Source of the DNA: Macrostomum lignano
Lineage: Eukaryota
NCBI GenBank assembly: GCA_002269645.1
Contig: NIVC01000440.1
Coordinates: forward strand, 310,001-374,000
Direction: 5' to 3'
DNA length: 64,000 bases
In this document: positions 11,704-29,707 of the stretch, piece after piece
How positions within the stretch are numbered: position 1 is the stretch's first letter
Layout of the letters: each line of letters begins with the position of its first letter
Notes under the pieces: model-generated
The model's input: only the letters and a program-made list of their open reading frames with translations
Told to the model about the DNA's origin: nothing
Database searches by the model: none
Program-made: the position numbers and the translations under genes

Positions 11704-13326
11704 ATGGAGACGGCCAAACACTTGGAGTCTGGCGAGCCGGAGCCGCAGCTCAAGCCCAACCTGCTCACCCTGTACTCCATGCGGTTCTGCCCGTTCGCCC
11801 AGCGCACCCGCCTGGTGCTGCAGCACAAGCAGCTGCCCCACCAGATTGTCAACCTGAACCTCGTGCGCAAACCCGACTGGTTCCTGGCCAAGTCGGCCTC
11901 CGGAAAAGTGCCGGCTCTGCTGGAGCCCGACGGCTCGGTGCTTGAGGACTCCTTAGTTACAAGCCGGCACCTTGAGGAAGCTCACCGCGAGTCGGCTCTG
12001 TATCCAAGCAACGCCGACAAGCGAGCACAGATGGATGGCGTGATCGCTCAGATGGGCGAGAAAGTCATTCCCGCGTTCTACAAATTGTTCGGAGTTAGCG
12101 GCGATGAAAAGAAGGTATGGAGCTAAGTTACCTTTCTTTTGGAGCTATGGGTAGGGTAGGGTAGCTTTGGGTAGAGTAGGGTAGCTTTTGGTAGGGTGGG
12201 GTAGCTTTGGGTAGGGTGGGGTAGCTTTGGGTAGGGTGGGGTAGCTTTGGGTATGGTGGGGTAGCTTTGGGTATGGTGGGGTAGCTTTTGGTAGGGTGGG
12301 GTAGCTTTGGGTAGGGTGGGTAGCTTTGGGAAGGGTGGGGTAGCTTTGGGTAAAGTAGGGTAGCTTTGGGTAGGGTGGGGTAGCATTGGGTAGGGTGGGG
12401 TAGCTTTGGGTATGGTGGGGTAGCTTTGGGTAGGGTGGGGTAGCTTTGGGTAGGGTGGGTAGCTAGCTTTGGGTAAAGTAGGGTAGCTTTGGGTAGGGTG
12501 GGGTACCTTGGGTAGGGTGGGGTAGCTTTGGGTAAAGTAGGGTAGCTTTGGGTAGGGTGGGGTAGCTTTGGGTAGGGTGGGGTAGCTTTGGGTAAAGTAG
12601 GGTAGCTTTGGGTAGGGTGGGGTAGCTTTGGGTAGGGTGGGGTAGCTTTGGGTAAAGTAGGGTAGCTTTAGGTACGGAAGATCAGAGTTGAGTAGACCAA
12701 TTTGGCTTGAAGCACAGTGAGGGTAGCCTGAAGCACAGTGAGGGTAGCCTGAAGCACAGTGAGGGCAGCCTGAAGCACAGTGAGGGTTGCTTGAAGCACA
12801 GTGAGGGCAGCCTGAAGCACAGTGAGGGCAGCCTGAAGCACAGTGAGGGTTGCTTGAAGCACAGTGAGGGCAGCCTGAAGCACAGTGAGGGCAGCCTGAA
12901 GCACAGTGAGGGTAGCCTGAAGCACATTGAGGGCAGCCTGAAGCACTGAGGGCAGCCTGAAGCACAGTGAGGGTAGCCTGAAGCACATTCGGGCTCGCCA
13001 AACTCGCCACCCCGCAGGCGGCATTCGAGCAGCTGGTCACCGAGCTCGAGTCGATGCAGTCCGCTCTGGGCGACTCAAAATTTTTCGCCGGTAGCGAGTC
13101 GGTCCAGATGGCCGACCTCATGATCTGGCCATGGTTCGAGCGCCTGAAGCCTTCGTGCTCGCTGGCTGGCTTCCAGGTGCCCGAGGAGCGGCTGAAATCG
13201 CTGATGTCCTGGATGGGCAGGATGGAACAGCAGCGTGCGGTTCTGGAGACGCGCAACACGGATGAGGCTCATGTGGAGTTCACGCGGTCCTTGCTGGCCA
13301 ACCAGCCGAAATACGATGGCTACTGA
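11704..13326 (+). CDS. GSTO1: Omega-class glutathione S-transferase copy 2; exons 11704-12114 and 13018-13326
   Basis: Reads METAKHL..LYSMRFCPFAQR..GKVPAL..IPAFYK. The phase-0 intron AAG|gtatgg..cgcag|GCG joins it to FFAGSESVQMADLMIWPWFERL. The symbol denotes the family, not orthology; the start codon is uncertain. Confidence 0.9.
12146..12670. repeat. 20-bp G-rich minisatellite GTAGCTTTGGGTAGGGTGGG, 5' part of the GSTO copy 2 intron
   Basis: About 26 units. Confidence 0.96.
12707..12988. repeat. 21-bp minisatellite GCCTGAAGCACAGTGAGGG(C/T)A, 3' part of the GSTO copy 2 intron
   Basis: About 13 units. Confidence 0.95.
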
Positions 13327-13544
13327 GAGCGAAATCTTCGCCTCGTGTTGATGCTGGCACCTAAGCTTACAGACTTCTATTTATGCTTTTTCTATTGTCT
13401 TATCCTCTTCTTGTGCGGTATGACCCATTGGGGCCGCAGTATGATTTTTTGGGTCAATAAATGACCCTTTTTAATACTTAATTGCATGACTTACGTGATA
13501 TCAATATATGACCTATGTGGGTCATTATACATGTATGACACCTT

Positions 13545-13865
13545 GGGTCATTGTGTGACTCATAAGGTCATTATATGACCCATCATGTCATTATATGACA
13601 CATCAGGTCATTACATGACCAATCAAGGTCATTATATTACCCATCGGGTCATTGTATGACCGATCAAGGTCATTATATTACCCATCGGGTCATTGTATGA
13701 CCAATCAAGGTCATTATATTACCCATCGGGTCATTGTATGACCGATCAAGGTCATTATATTACCCATCGGGTCATTGTATGACCGATTAAGGTCATTATA
13801 TTACCCATCGGGTCATTGTATGACCGATCAAGGTCATTATATTACCCATCAGGTTATTATATGCC
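13545..13865. repeat. 41-bp minisatellite (dimer of about 20-bp subunits) with GGTCA-N5-TGACC inverted cores
   Basis: Unit GGGTCATTGTATGACCGATCAAGGTCATTATATTACCCATC. Confidence 0.9.
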
Positions 13866-14229
13866 TATCAGACCGTCCTATTTATGCCCTATCACTTATC
13901 ACTCTATATTTTTACTAGTTTCTATCTATATGAAATATTTTTCTGCACTGCTATCGCTTCTTCGTGTCGATGCTGAAACATCATTCCAAAGCTTCTTCTA
14001 TAAAAGGACACCAATTATTTAAAAATTTTTAACCATGGACGCCTTCTATTTCTATTTTCAACGTACTACTAAGTAGCTTTTGCTATAAGTAGCTAGATAG
14101 ACAAATTTGCTTTTAGAAAATGAAATAGATGTTTTCTTTTATTCTGACTTTAGACACTTTCAACTGGAAATAATTGATAGATATTGCTATTTTTTCTTTT
14201 TTGTTGATTAATTTCATTGCCTAAAATTT

Positions 14230-15805
14230 AGCCTTTCACCCTCTATTGTAGCCTGTCACCCTCTCTTGTAGGCTGTCACCCTCTCTTGTAGCCTGTCACC
14301 CTCTCTTGTAGCCTGTCACCCTCTCTTGTAGCCTGTCACCCTCTCTACTGTAGTCTGTCACCCTCTCTTGTAGCCTGTCACCCTCTCTTGTAGCCTGTCA
14401 CCCTCTCTTGTAGCCTGTCACCCTCTCTTGTAGCCTGTCACCCTCTCTTGTAGCCTGTCACCCTCTCTTGTAGCCTGTCACCCTCTCTTGTAGCCTGTCA
14501 CCCTCTCTACTGTAGTCTGTCACCCTCTCTTGTAGCCTGTCACCCTCTCTTGTAGCCTGTCACCCTCTCTACTGTAGTCTGTCACCCTCTCTTGTAGCCT
14601 GTCACCCTCTCTTGTAGCCTGTCACCCTCTCTTGTAGCCTGTCACCCTCTCTTGTAGCCTGTCACCCTCTCTACTGTAGTCTGTCACCCTCTCTTGTAGC
14701 CTGTCACCCTCTCTTGTAGCCTGTCACCCTCTCTTGTAGCCTGTCACCCTCTCTTGTAGCCTGTCACCCTCTCTTGTAGCCTGTCACCCTCTCTTGTAGC
14801 CTGTCACCCTCTCTACTGTAGTCTGTCACCCTCTCTTGTAGCCTGTCACCCTCTCTTGTAGCCTGTCACCCTCTCTTGTAGCCTGTCACCCTCTCTTGTA
14901 GCCTGTCACCCTCTCTTGTAGCCTGTCACCCTCTCTTGTAGCCTGTCACCCTCTCTACTGTAGCCTGTCACCCTCTCTTGTAGCCTGTCACCCTCTCTAC
15001 TGTAGCCTGTCACCCTCTATTTTAGCGTGTCACCCTCTATTGTAGCCTGTCACCCTCTACTGTAGCCTGTCACCCTCTACTGTAGCCTGTCACCCTCTCT
15101 ACTGTAGCCTGTCACCCTCTCTACTGTAGCCTGTCACCCTCTCTACTGTAGCCTGTCACCCTCTCTCCTGTAGCCTGTCACCCTCTATTTTAGCGTGTCA
15201 CCCTCTATTGTAGCCTATCACCCTCTACTGTAGCCTGTCACCCTCTACTGTAGCCTGTCACCCTCTCTACTGTAGCCTGTCACCCTCTCTACTGTAGCCT
15301 GTCACCCTCTCTACTGTAGCCTGTCACCCTCTCTACTGTAGCCTGTCACCCTCTCTACTGTAACCTGTCACCCTCTCTACTTTAGCCTGTCACCCTCTCT
15401 ACTGTAGCCTGTCACCCTCTCTACTGTAGTCTGTCACCCTCTCTTCCGTAGCCTGTCACCCTGTCTTCCGTAGCCTGTCACCCTGTCTTCCGCAGCCTGT
15501 CACCCTGTCTTCCGTAGCCTGTCACCCTCTCTACTGTAGCCTGTCACCATCTCTACTGTAACCTGTCACCCTCTCTACTTTAGCCTGTCACCCTCTCTAC
15601 TGTAGCCTGTCACCCTCTCTTCCGTAGCCTGTCACCCTGTCTTCCGTAGCCTGTCACCCTGTCTTCCGCAGCCTGTCACCCTGTCTTCCGTAGCCTGTCA
15701 CCCTGTCTTCCGTAGCCTGTCACCCTGTCTTCCGTAGCCTGTCACCCTGTCTTTCCTAGCCTGTCACCCTGTCTTCCGTAGCCTGTCACCCTGTCTTCTG
15801 TAGCT
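14230..15805. repeat. 20-22-bp minisatellite TAGCCTGTCACCCTCTC(TTG/TACTG)
   Basis: About 75 units with a gradient of variants. Confidence 0.97.
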
Positions 15806-16341
15806 TTTCCCCTCATCTTCTGTAGCCTGCATTTCTCACCTGCCACCCGGGAAAAACAGCCAGCTGATATCCAATGTCAAAGACAGTTTAATTGGCGCCC
15901 ACTATGCTTTTCTACAGAGCAAGCTCTCTAGTTTCCATATTTAGCTCTCATCCCCGAGTATCTTTCTAGTCAATACCTGCTGAATAAAAAGCCGAAGAAA
16001 ATCGATATGAGCATCACCTGATACAGTAGGGCCTGTCTGAGCAATGCTAACTTGAGAGCAGCTGGTTTTTTCTACCTTAACAAGTCCTACAAAACTCCTA
16101 CAAACACATTGAGTCTGTCCTCCCGTGCTGAATTCTCCCTCGCTTTCAAGCCTGTAGGCGGTAAACACCTATTCAACTATGTCTCTCTCGTGTAGACGGG
16201 TCTTCTCAAATAATTGATTTATTTTTAGATTCAAACAGCACGTTTTACAATTCTTTTGCTGTTTGAACTTTCTATACTATTTGGTTAATTGCTATAGTGC
16301 TGCTAGAACTTCAGAAAAGTATATCCAGTTCTATGAGTGGA

Positions 16342-17226
16342 TATTGGCGCCACAATTTAGCATCAGATTGGCGCCACAGTGTAGCATCAGATTGGCGCCA
16401 CAATTTAGCATCAGATTGGCGCCACAATACAGCATCAGATTGGCGCCACAATATAGCATCAGATTGGTGCCACAATATAGATCAGATTGGCGCCACAATA
16501 CAGCATCAGATTGGCGCCACAATATAGCATCAGATTGGCGCCACAATATAGATCAGATTGGCGCCACAATACAGCATCAGATTGGCGCCACAATATAGCA
16601 TCAGATTGGCGCCACAATATAGATCAGATTGGCGCCACAATACAGCATCAGATTGGCGCCACAACACAGCATCAGATTAGCGCAACAGTGTAGCATCAGA
16701 TTAGCGCAACAGTGTAGCATCAGATTGGCGCCACAATATAGATCAGATTGGCAGCACAATACAGCATCAGATTGGCGCCACAATACAGCATCAGATTGGC
16801 GCCACAATTTAGCATCAGATTAGCGCAACAGTGTAGCATCAGATTGGCGCCACAATACAGCATCAGATTAGCGCCACAATACAGCATCAGATTAGCGCCA
16901 CAATTTAGCATCAGATTAGCGCAACAGTGTAGCATCAGATTAGCGCAACAGTGTAGCATCAGATTAGCGCAACAGTGTAGCATCAGATTGGCGCCACAGT
17001 GTAGCATCAGATTGGCGCCACAACACAGCATCAGATTGGCGCCACAATACAGCATCAGATTGGCGCGACAATACAGCATCAGATTGGCGCCACAACACAG
17101 CATCAGATTGGCGCCACAACACAGCATCAGATTGGCGCCACAATACAGCATCAGATTGGCGCCACAACACAGCATCAGATTGCCGCCACAATGCAGCATC
17201 AGATTGCCGCCACAATGCAGCATCAG
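16342..17226. repeat. 24-bp minisatellite GCATCAGATTGGCGCCACAATACA ending about 20 bp before the GSTO copy 3 ATG
   Basis: About 36 units. Confidence 0.96.
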
Positions 17227-17246
17227 TTCCAATCGAATGTAAATGC

Positions 17247-18781
17247 ATGCGACTGCCAAGCAGTACGATTCCAGCCTCTCTGCTCCATCGCAGAGCTATA
17301 AAGCGATGGTTCAGCGGCAGGGGAGGCGACAGTCTAGTTGTCATGGAAACGCGTCACCTAGAAACCGGGGATCCCGAACCGCCAGAGCTGCCCAGGGGCA
17401 GTGAGGTGCTCACCTTGTACTCCATGCTGTACTGCCCCTACGCACAGCGAACCCGCCTGGTGCTGCAGCACAAGCAGCTGCCGCACCGCGTCATCAACGT
17501 GAATTTGGTGCGCAAACCCGATTGGTTCCTGGCCAGGGCTCCGCTGCCCTCCGCCAAGGTGCCAATCATTGAGCTGCCGGGTGACGAGAAACTTCGCTTA
17601 GCCGATTCTTTGATCACCTGCGAGTTCTTGGAAGAGGCTTTTGCTGGTGCGACTTCGAATGGAACTGACGGCGACCTGATGCCTTCGATGGGGACACCTG
17701 GTGCCCCAAGGCTGAGGGCTGCTCAGAGACAAACGATTAGCAGAAATGATGCCATGATCTCCGCTTTCTACAGGTGAGGTCTGAGTTGGTTCAGGCTGTG
17801 AGCTTCAGTGTGTTCAGGTGAAACGATTCGTGCTTTTAATAAGATGTATTTCAGGGGTTCAGGTACTATGCCACAGGGGCTCAGATACTATACTTCAGGG
17901 GCTCAGATACTATACTTCAGTGGCTCAGATACTATACTTCAGTGGCTCAGATACTCAGGGGCTCTGATACTATACTTCAGGGGCTCAGATGCTATACTTC
18001 AGGGGCTCAGATGCTATACTTCAGGCGCTCAGATGCTATACTTCAGGGGCTCAGATGCTATACTTCAGGCGCTCAGATGCTATACTTCAGGGGCTCAGAT
18101 GCTATACTTCAGGCGCTCAGATACTATACTTCAGGGACTCAGATACTATACTTCAGTGGCTCATACTATACTTCAGGGGCTCAGATACTATACTTCAGGG
18201 GCTCAGATGCTATACTTCAGGGGCTCAGATGCTATACTTCAGGGCCTCAGATGCTATACTTCAGGGCCTCAGATGCTATACTTCAGGCGCTCAGATGCTG
18301 AGCTTCAGACGAAACCTTTGATGGTCATGTCTTATTGAAAATGCCACACAGTTGAACCTTCAGTGGTGGCTCAGTGCGCCAGTGAAATCTGAAGCTGCCA
18401 CCCTAACCAACCGCTAGGTGGGCTCTGAAGAAGGACGAGCCGGCTGAAGAGCGCGAGTTGCTGTGGGACCGCCTGCTGTGGCAGCTGCGCAACCTGCAGG
18501 CCGACCTCCGTGATGGCGGCTTCTTCGGCGGCGCGCGGGCCCAGCTGGCGGACTTCATGGTCTGGCCATGGATAGAGCGACTGCCGCCACTGATGCAGCA
18601 CTACTGCCTGCCGCCAAGGCTACCGGACAGTCTCGGACACCTATCCGCCTGGTCTGAGGCCATGTCCGAGACGGAGCCGGTGCGAGCGACTCGACTGCCC
18701 GACTGGGCGCACCTGGCATTTGTGGAGTCGCACTGGAGACGGGAGCCGAGATACGACTTTCTTGAGAATAGAGAAGACTGA
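17247..18781 (+). CDS. GSTO1: Omega-class glutathione S-transferase copy 3; exons 17247-17773 and 18418-18781
   Basis: Contains LYSMLYCPYAQR, KPDWFL, KVPIIE and LADFMVWPWIERL. The phase-2 intron is AG|gtgagg..ccctaac..gctag|G. A second in-frame ATG lies at 17343. The symbol denotes the family. Confidence 0.9.
17845..18307. repeat. 22-bp minisatellite CTCAGATGCTATACTTCAGGGG in the GSTO copy 3 intron
   Basis: About 20 units. Confidence 0.95.
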
Positions 18782-18793
18782 CTGACTCCAACT

Positions 18794-18999
18794 GTTAGTT
18801 AGTTAGTTAGTTAGTTACTTAGTCAGTTAGGTAGTTAGTTAGTTAGTTACTTAGTCAGTTAGGTAGTTAGTTAGTTAGTTAGTTACTTAGTCAGTTAGGT
18901 AGTTAGTTAGTTAGTTAGTCAGTTAGTTAGTTAGTCAGTTAGGTAGTTAGTTAGTTAGTTAGTTAGTCAGTTAGTTAGTTAGTTAGTTAGTCAGTTAGG

Positions 19000-19035
<36 letters not shown>

Positions 19036-19071
19036 CAGTTAGTTAGTCAGTTAGTTAGTTAGTCAGTTAGG

Positions 19072-19103
<32 letters not shown>

Positions 19104-19166
19104 CAGTTAGGTAGTTAGTTAGTTAGTCAGTTAGTTAGTTAGTTAGTCAGTTAGGTAGTTAGTTAA

Positions 19167-19199
<33 letters not shown>

Positions 19200-19264
19200 C
19201 AGTTAGTTAGTTAGTCAGTTAGTTAGTTAGTCAGTTAGTTAGTTAGTCAGTTAGTTAGTTAGTC

Positions 19265-19299
<35 letters not shown>

Positions 19300-19423
19300 C
19301 AGTTAGTTAGTTAGTTAGTTAGTTAGTCAGTTAGGTAGTTAGTTAGGTAGTCAGTTAGGTAGTTAGTTAGTTAGTTAGTTAGTTAGTCAGTTAGTTAGTC
19401 AGTTAGTTAGTTAGTCAGTTAGG

Positions 19424-19455
<32 letters not shown>

Positions 19456-19518
19456 CAGTTAGGTAGTTAGTTAGTTAGTCAGTTAGTTAGTTAGTTAGTC
19501 AGTTAGGTAGTTAGTTAA

Positions 19519-19551
<33 letters not shown>

Positions 19552-19612
19552 CAGTTAGTTAGTCAGTTAGTTAGTTAGTCAGTTAGTTAGTTAGTCAGTT
19601 AGTTAGTTAGTC

Positions 19613-19655
<43 letters not shown>

Positions 19656-19772
19656 CAGTTAGGTAGTTAGTTAGGTAGTCAGTTAGGTAGTTAGTTAGTT
19701 AGTTAGTCAGTTAGTTAGTTAGTTAGTTACTTAGTTATTTATTTAGTTAGTTAGTTAGTCAGTCAGTCAGTC

Positions 19773-19807
<35 letters not shown>

Positions 19808-19855
19808 CAGTCAGTCAGTCAGTCAGTTAGTTAGTTAGTTACATGTAGTTAGTCA
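18794..19855. repeat. (GTTA)n/(GTCA)n/(GGTA)n compound microsatellite after the GSTO copy 3 stop
   Basis: About 1.06 kb of tetranucleotide repeat. Confidence 0.98.
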
Positions 19856-20400
19856 TTACCCTGAGAAAAGTAATTGATATTTGAAAAGAAATGTTTAGCG
19901 ATTAAGATTTTCCCATTGGTGCAAAACTGTTTACTTTTTTATTTTTGCAGTTTTTATTGAGACTACTTGCGAAATGATTTTTCAGACCAGAACCTTTTTC
20001 CTACCTATAGAGTTAGTTTCGTTACATATCGGTAATCAAATTGTGCTCGATGACATATTAATTGACTGTTTAGATTTCACTTACAAATTACTTTTTAGGA
20101 ACTGAAAGAACCTCTTTTTCTTTATGGCGCCATGAATTAATTCCCTTCTGGCGCAGAGTTTCCTTTTGGCGCCATTAAAATCCTTTTTGACGCCACTCCT
20201 ATTTGAAAAAATTTCACATTTGCTAACCTCACAGCCATTCTACCTATTTGTTCATTTTAACTTTCTTTTTATTATCGAATTCTAATAAACAACGCCAAAA
20301 TTGCTAATATCGATTAATCAACGCCAAATTTCTACACGCGAGAAAAGGATACACATGGCTGCTTGCTTTGTCTATTAGTTTTTGTTTTTCTGTTTGCCGT

Positions 20401-21540
20401 ATTGGTCAGGATGGGAGTGGTCAGCGATTCCCTGATTGGTCAGGATGGGAGTGGTCAGCGATTCCCTGAGTGGTCAGCGATTCCCTGATTGGTCAGCGAT
20501 TCCCTGATTGGTCAGCGATTCCATGATTGGTCAGGATGGGAGTGGACAGCGATTCCCTGATTGGTCAGGATGGAAGTGGTCAGCGATTCCCTGATTGGTC
20601 AGCGATTCCCTGATTGGTCAGCGATTCCCTGATTGGTCAGGATGGAAGTGGTCAGCGATTCCCTGATTGGTCAGCGATTCCCTGATTGGTCAGGATGGGA
20701 GTGGACAGCGATTCCCTGATTGGTCAGGATGGAAGTGGTCAGCGATTCCCTGATTGGTCAGCGATTCCCTGATTGGACAGCGATTCCCTGATTGGTCAGG
20801 ATGGAAGTGGTCAGCGATTCCCTGATTGGTCAGCGATTCCCTGATTGGTCAGCGATTCCCTGATTGGTCAGTGATTCCCTGATTGGTCAGCGATTCCCTG
20901 ATTGGTCAGTGATTCCCTGATTGGTCAGCGATTCCCTGATTGGTCAGGATGGGAGTGGTCAGCGATTCCTTGATTGGTCAGCGATTCCCTGATTGGTCAG
21001 CGATTCCCTGATTGGTCAGGATGGGATTGGTCAGCGATTCCCTGATTGGTCAGCGATTCCCTGATTGGTCAGCGATTCCCTGATTGCTCAGTGATTCCCT
21101 GATTGGTCAGCGATTCCCTGATTGGTCAGCGATTCCCTGATTGGTCAGGATGGAAGTGGTCAGTGATTCCCTGATTGGTCAGCGATTCCCTGATTGGTCA
21201 GCGATTCCCTGATTGGTCAGGATGGGATTGGTCAGCGATTCCCTGATTGGTCAGCGATTCCCTGATTGCTCAGTGATTCCCTGATTGGTCAGCGATTCCC
21301 TGATTGGTCAGCGATTCCCTGATTGCTCAGTGATTCCCTGATTGGTCAGCGATTCCCTGATTGGTCAGCGATTCCCTGATTGGTCAGGATGGAAGTGGTC
21401 AGTGATTCCCTGATTGGTCAGGATGGAAGTGGTCAGCGATTCCCTGATTGGTCAGGATGGAAGTGGTCAGCGATTCCCTAACTGGTCAGGATGGGATTGG
21501 TCAGTGATTCCCTAATTGGTCAGGATGGGATTGGTCAGCG
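20401..21540. repeat. 19/34-bp minisatellite GATTGGTCAGCGATTCCCT with a longer GATGG(G/A)AGT variant
   Basis: Tandem units read directly. Confidence 0.96.
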
Positions 21541-22029
21541 AAGCAAGCCGATTGCAGATGAAAAAAGCAAACAATTCGATACTATGTTTAAACTTTGTTT
21601 CACAAGTTTAATATGATAGTTATTCTATTTATTTTCTCGATCAATAATCGAGTTAAGTACACAGAAAATTATGAGAAACGAGAATCTTCACGCTGACAGC
21701 AGAGTCAAAATATTATATAGCTTTTTAAGTTAATAAATATTACTTTTCCTTGATATGATAATAATAATTTTTGACTGTACAACAGGGTTAACAAATTAAG
21801 TAGAAATTATCAATAAGTAGTAGGTGTAATAATAAAATTTAGAAAAGAATGTGCAACAAAAGTCTTCAAAACACCTGTGTGTATTACTTGTACATAAACA
21901 TAAAATTTATTAATAGTTGTTGCAGAACATTTTGAACTCGTGTTTATAATTTAATCAACTTTCAAACTATAAAGAGCTGCATGATTGTAAGCAAAGTTTT
22001 TTATAGGGAATGGCGTTCGCTATGATAAG

Positions 22030-22231
22030 CATTCTTGACACACAAAGTAAATCCCTGACACACAAAAAGCAACTCCCTGACACTCACAGAGGGACTCCCT
22101 GACACACACAGAGTGACTCCCTGACACACACAGAGTGACTCCCTGGACACACACAGAGTGACTCCCTGACACACACAGAGTGACTCCTTGACACACACAG
22201 AGTGACTCCCTGACACACACAGAGTGACTCC
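22030..22231. repeat. 22-bp minisatellite GACTCCCTGACACACACAGAGT abutting the GPCR stop codon
   Basis: About 8 units. Confidence 0.93.
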
Positions 22232-22235
22232 AGAA

Positions 22236-28541
<6,306 letters not shown>

Positions 28542-28939
28542 TTTTCAGTGCAACTATCTGAGCGACAGCGGGGGAAACTGGCGGTAGAATCGCCGCGTGG
28601 CTCTTATAGCCCAAGTCTGCGCGTTCTGATTGGCTGCCTGGGGCGTAGCTATCAGATTCGTGTTGGGGAGTCTGCGACCGCAGGGTACTGATGTTGATTA
28701 AATTAATCTAACAGTAGCTGGCTATGGAAAATGAAATTCGGATCATGTTTTCTATGCGACATATTTTATTGGATTTGGCTGTTTGTACTTTCTCTGAGAA
28801 TAGATATCGTATTGAATGGATGTGCAAGCGTACTGGCCCTGCGATTCTTTCAGATGTAGACTAGCAATCTTGAGCCCCCGCTAACTAATGAAGGAAAATA
28901 AAACTTTTCACAGTCACAAATACAAACTAAGCTCATTGA

Positions 28940-29340
28940 GACAGACCCAGAGACACAGCAAGACACATCAATACAGGTAAATACCCACCAAGACGCAACA
29001 AGACACACCAAGTCACATCAGGACACATCAAGACACATCAAGACACTTTAGGACACATAAAGACACACCAAGACACACCAAAAGACATCAAGACACATCA
29101 AGACACACCAGGACACATCAAGACACATCAAGACACTTTAAGACACATCAAGACCCACCAAGACACACCAAAAGACATCAAGACAGAACAAGACACACCA
29201 TGGCACACCATGACACACCAAAAAACGACAAGACACACCAAGTCACACCAAAAGACATCAAGACACACCAAGACACACCAAAAGACATCAAGACACATCA
29301 AGACAAACTAAAACACACCAAAAGACATCAAAACACATTA
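28940..29340. repeat. 10-bp degenerate minisatellite AAGACACA(T/C)C
   Basis: Read directly. Confidence 0.92.
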
Positions 29341-29707
29341 GGCCAAGAATTTCACTCTTTCCTGTTGCCTCCCTAACCAAAAACTCCCATAATTATTTGT
29401 ATATATACATATAGGCGCTCCAGATGCGGGGTGGGACGACAAATGGCCAAATCCCAATCTGCTGTCTGCCAGCTCAAATGCTTCACAGACCAATCAACGG
29501 AAGAACACAGAGAGATCTGATGGGAAAGTGACAATTTTGGCCGAACTGTCTCGATCGGATTAGGGAATCAGCTTTGTTGACAGCATTGGGAAATTTGGCA
29601 GCTGCTCAAACTCGAGCTGAGTAGCAGCTTTGAGAGCGAGATCAAAGTGCTCGAGCTGGAGCTCTGGTTGTGATTGAAAATGGTTTAAATTTGAGTAGAG
29701 TGAGCCT

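Noticed and set aside
12146-19855. Telomeric repeats
   Set aside because: The G-rich and GTTA arrays contain no TTAGGG tandem tracts.
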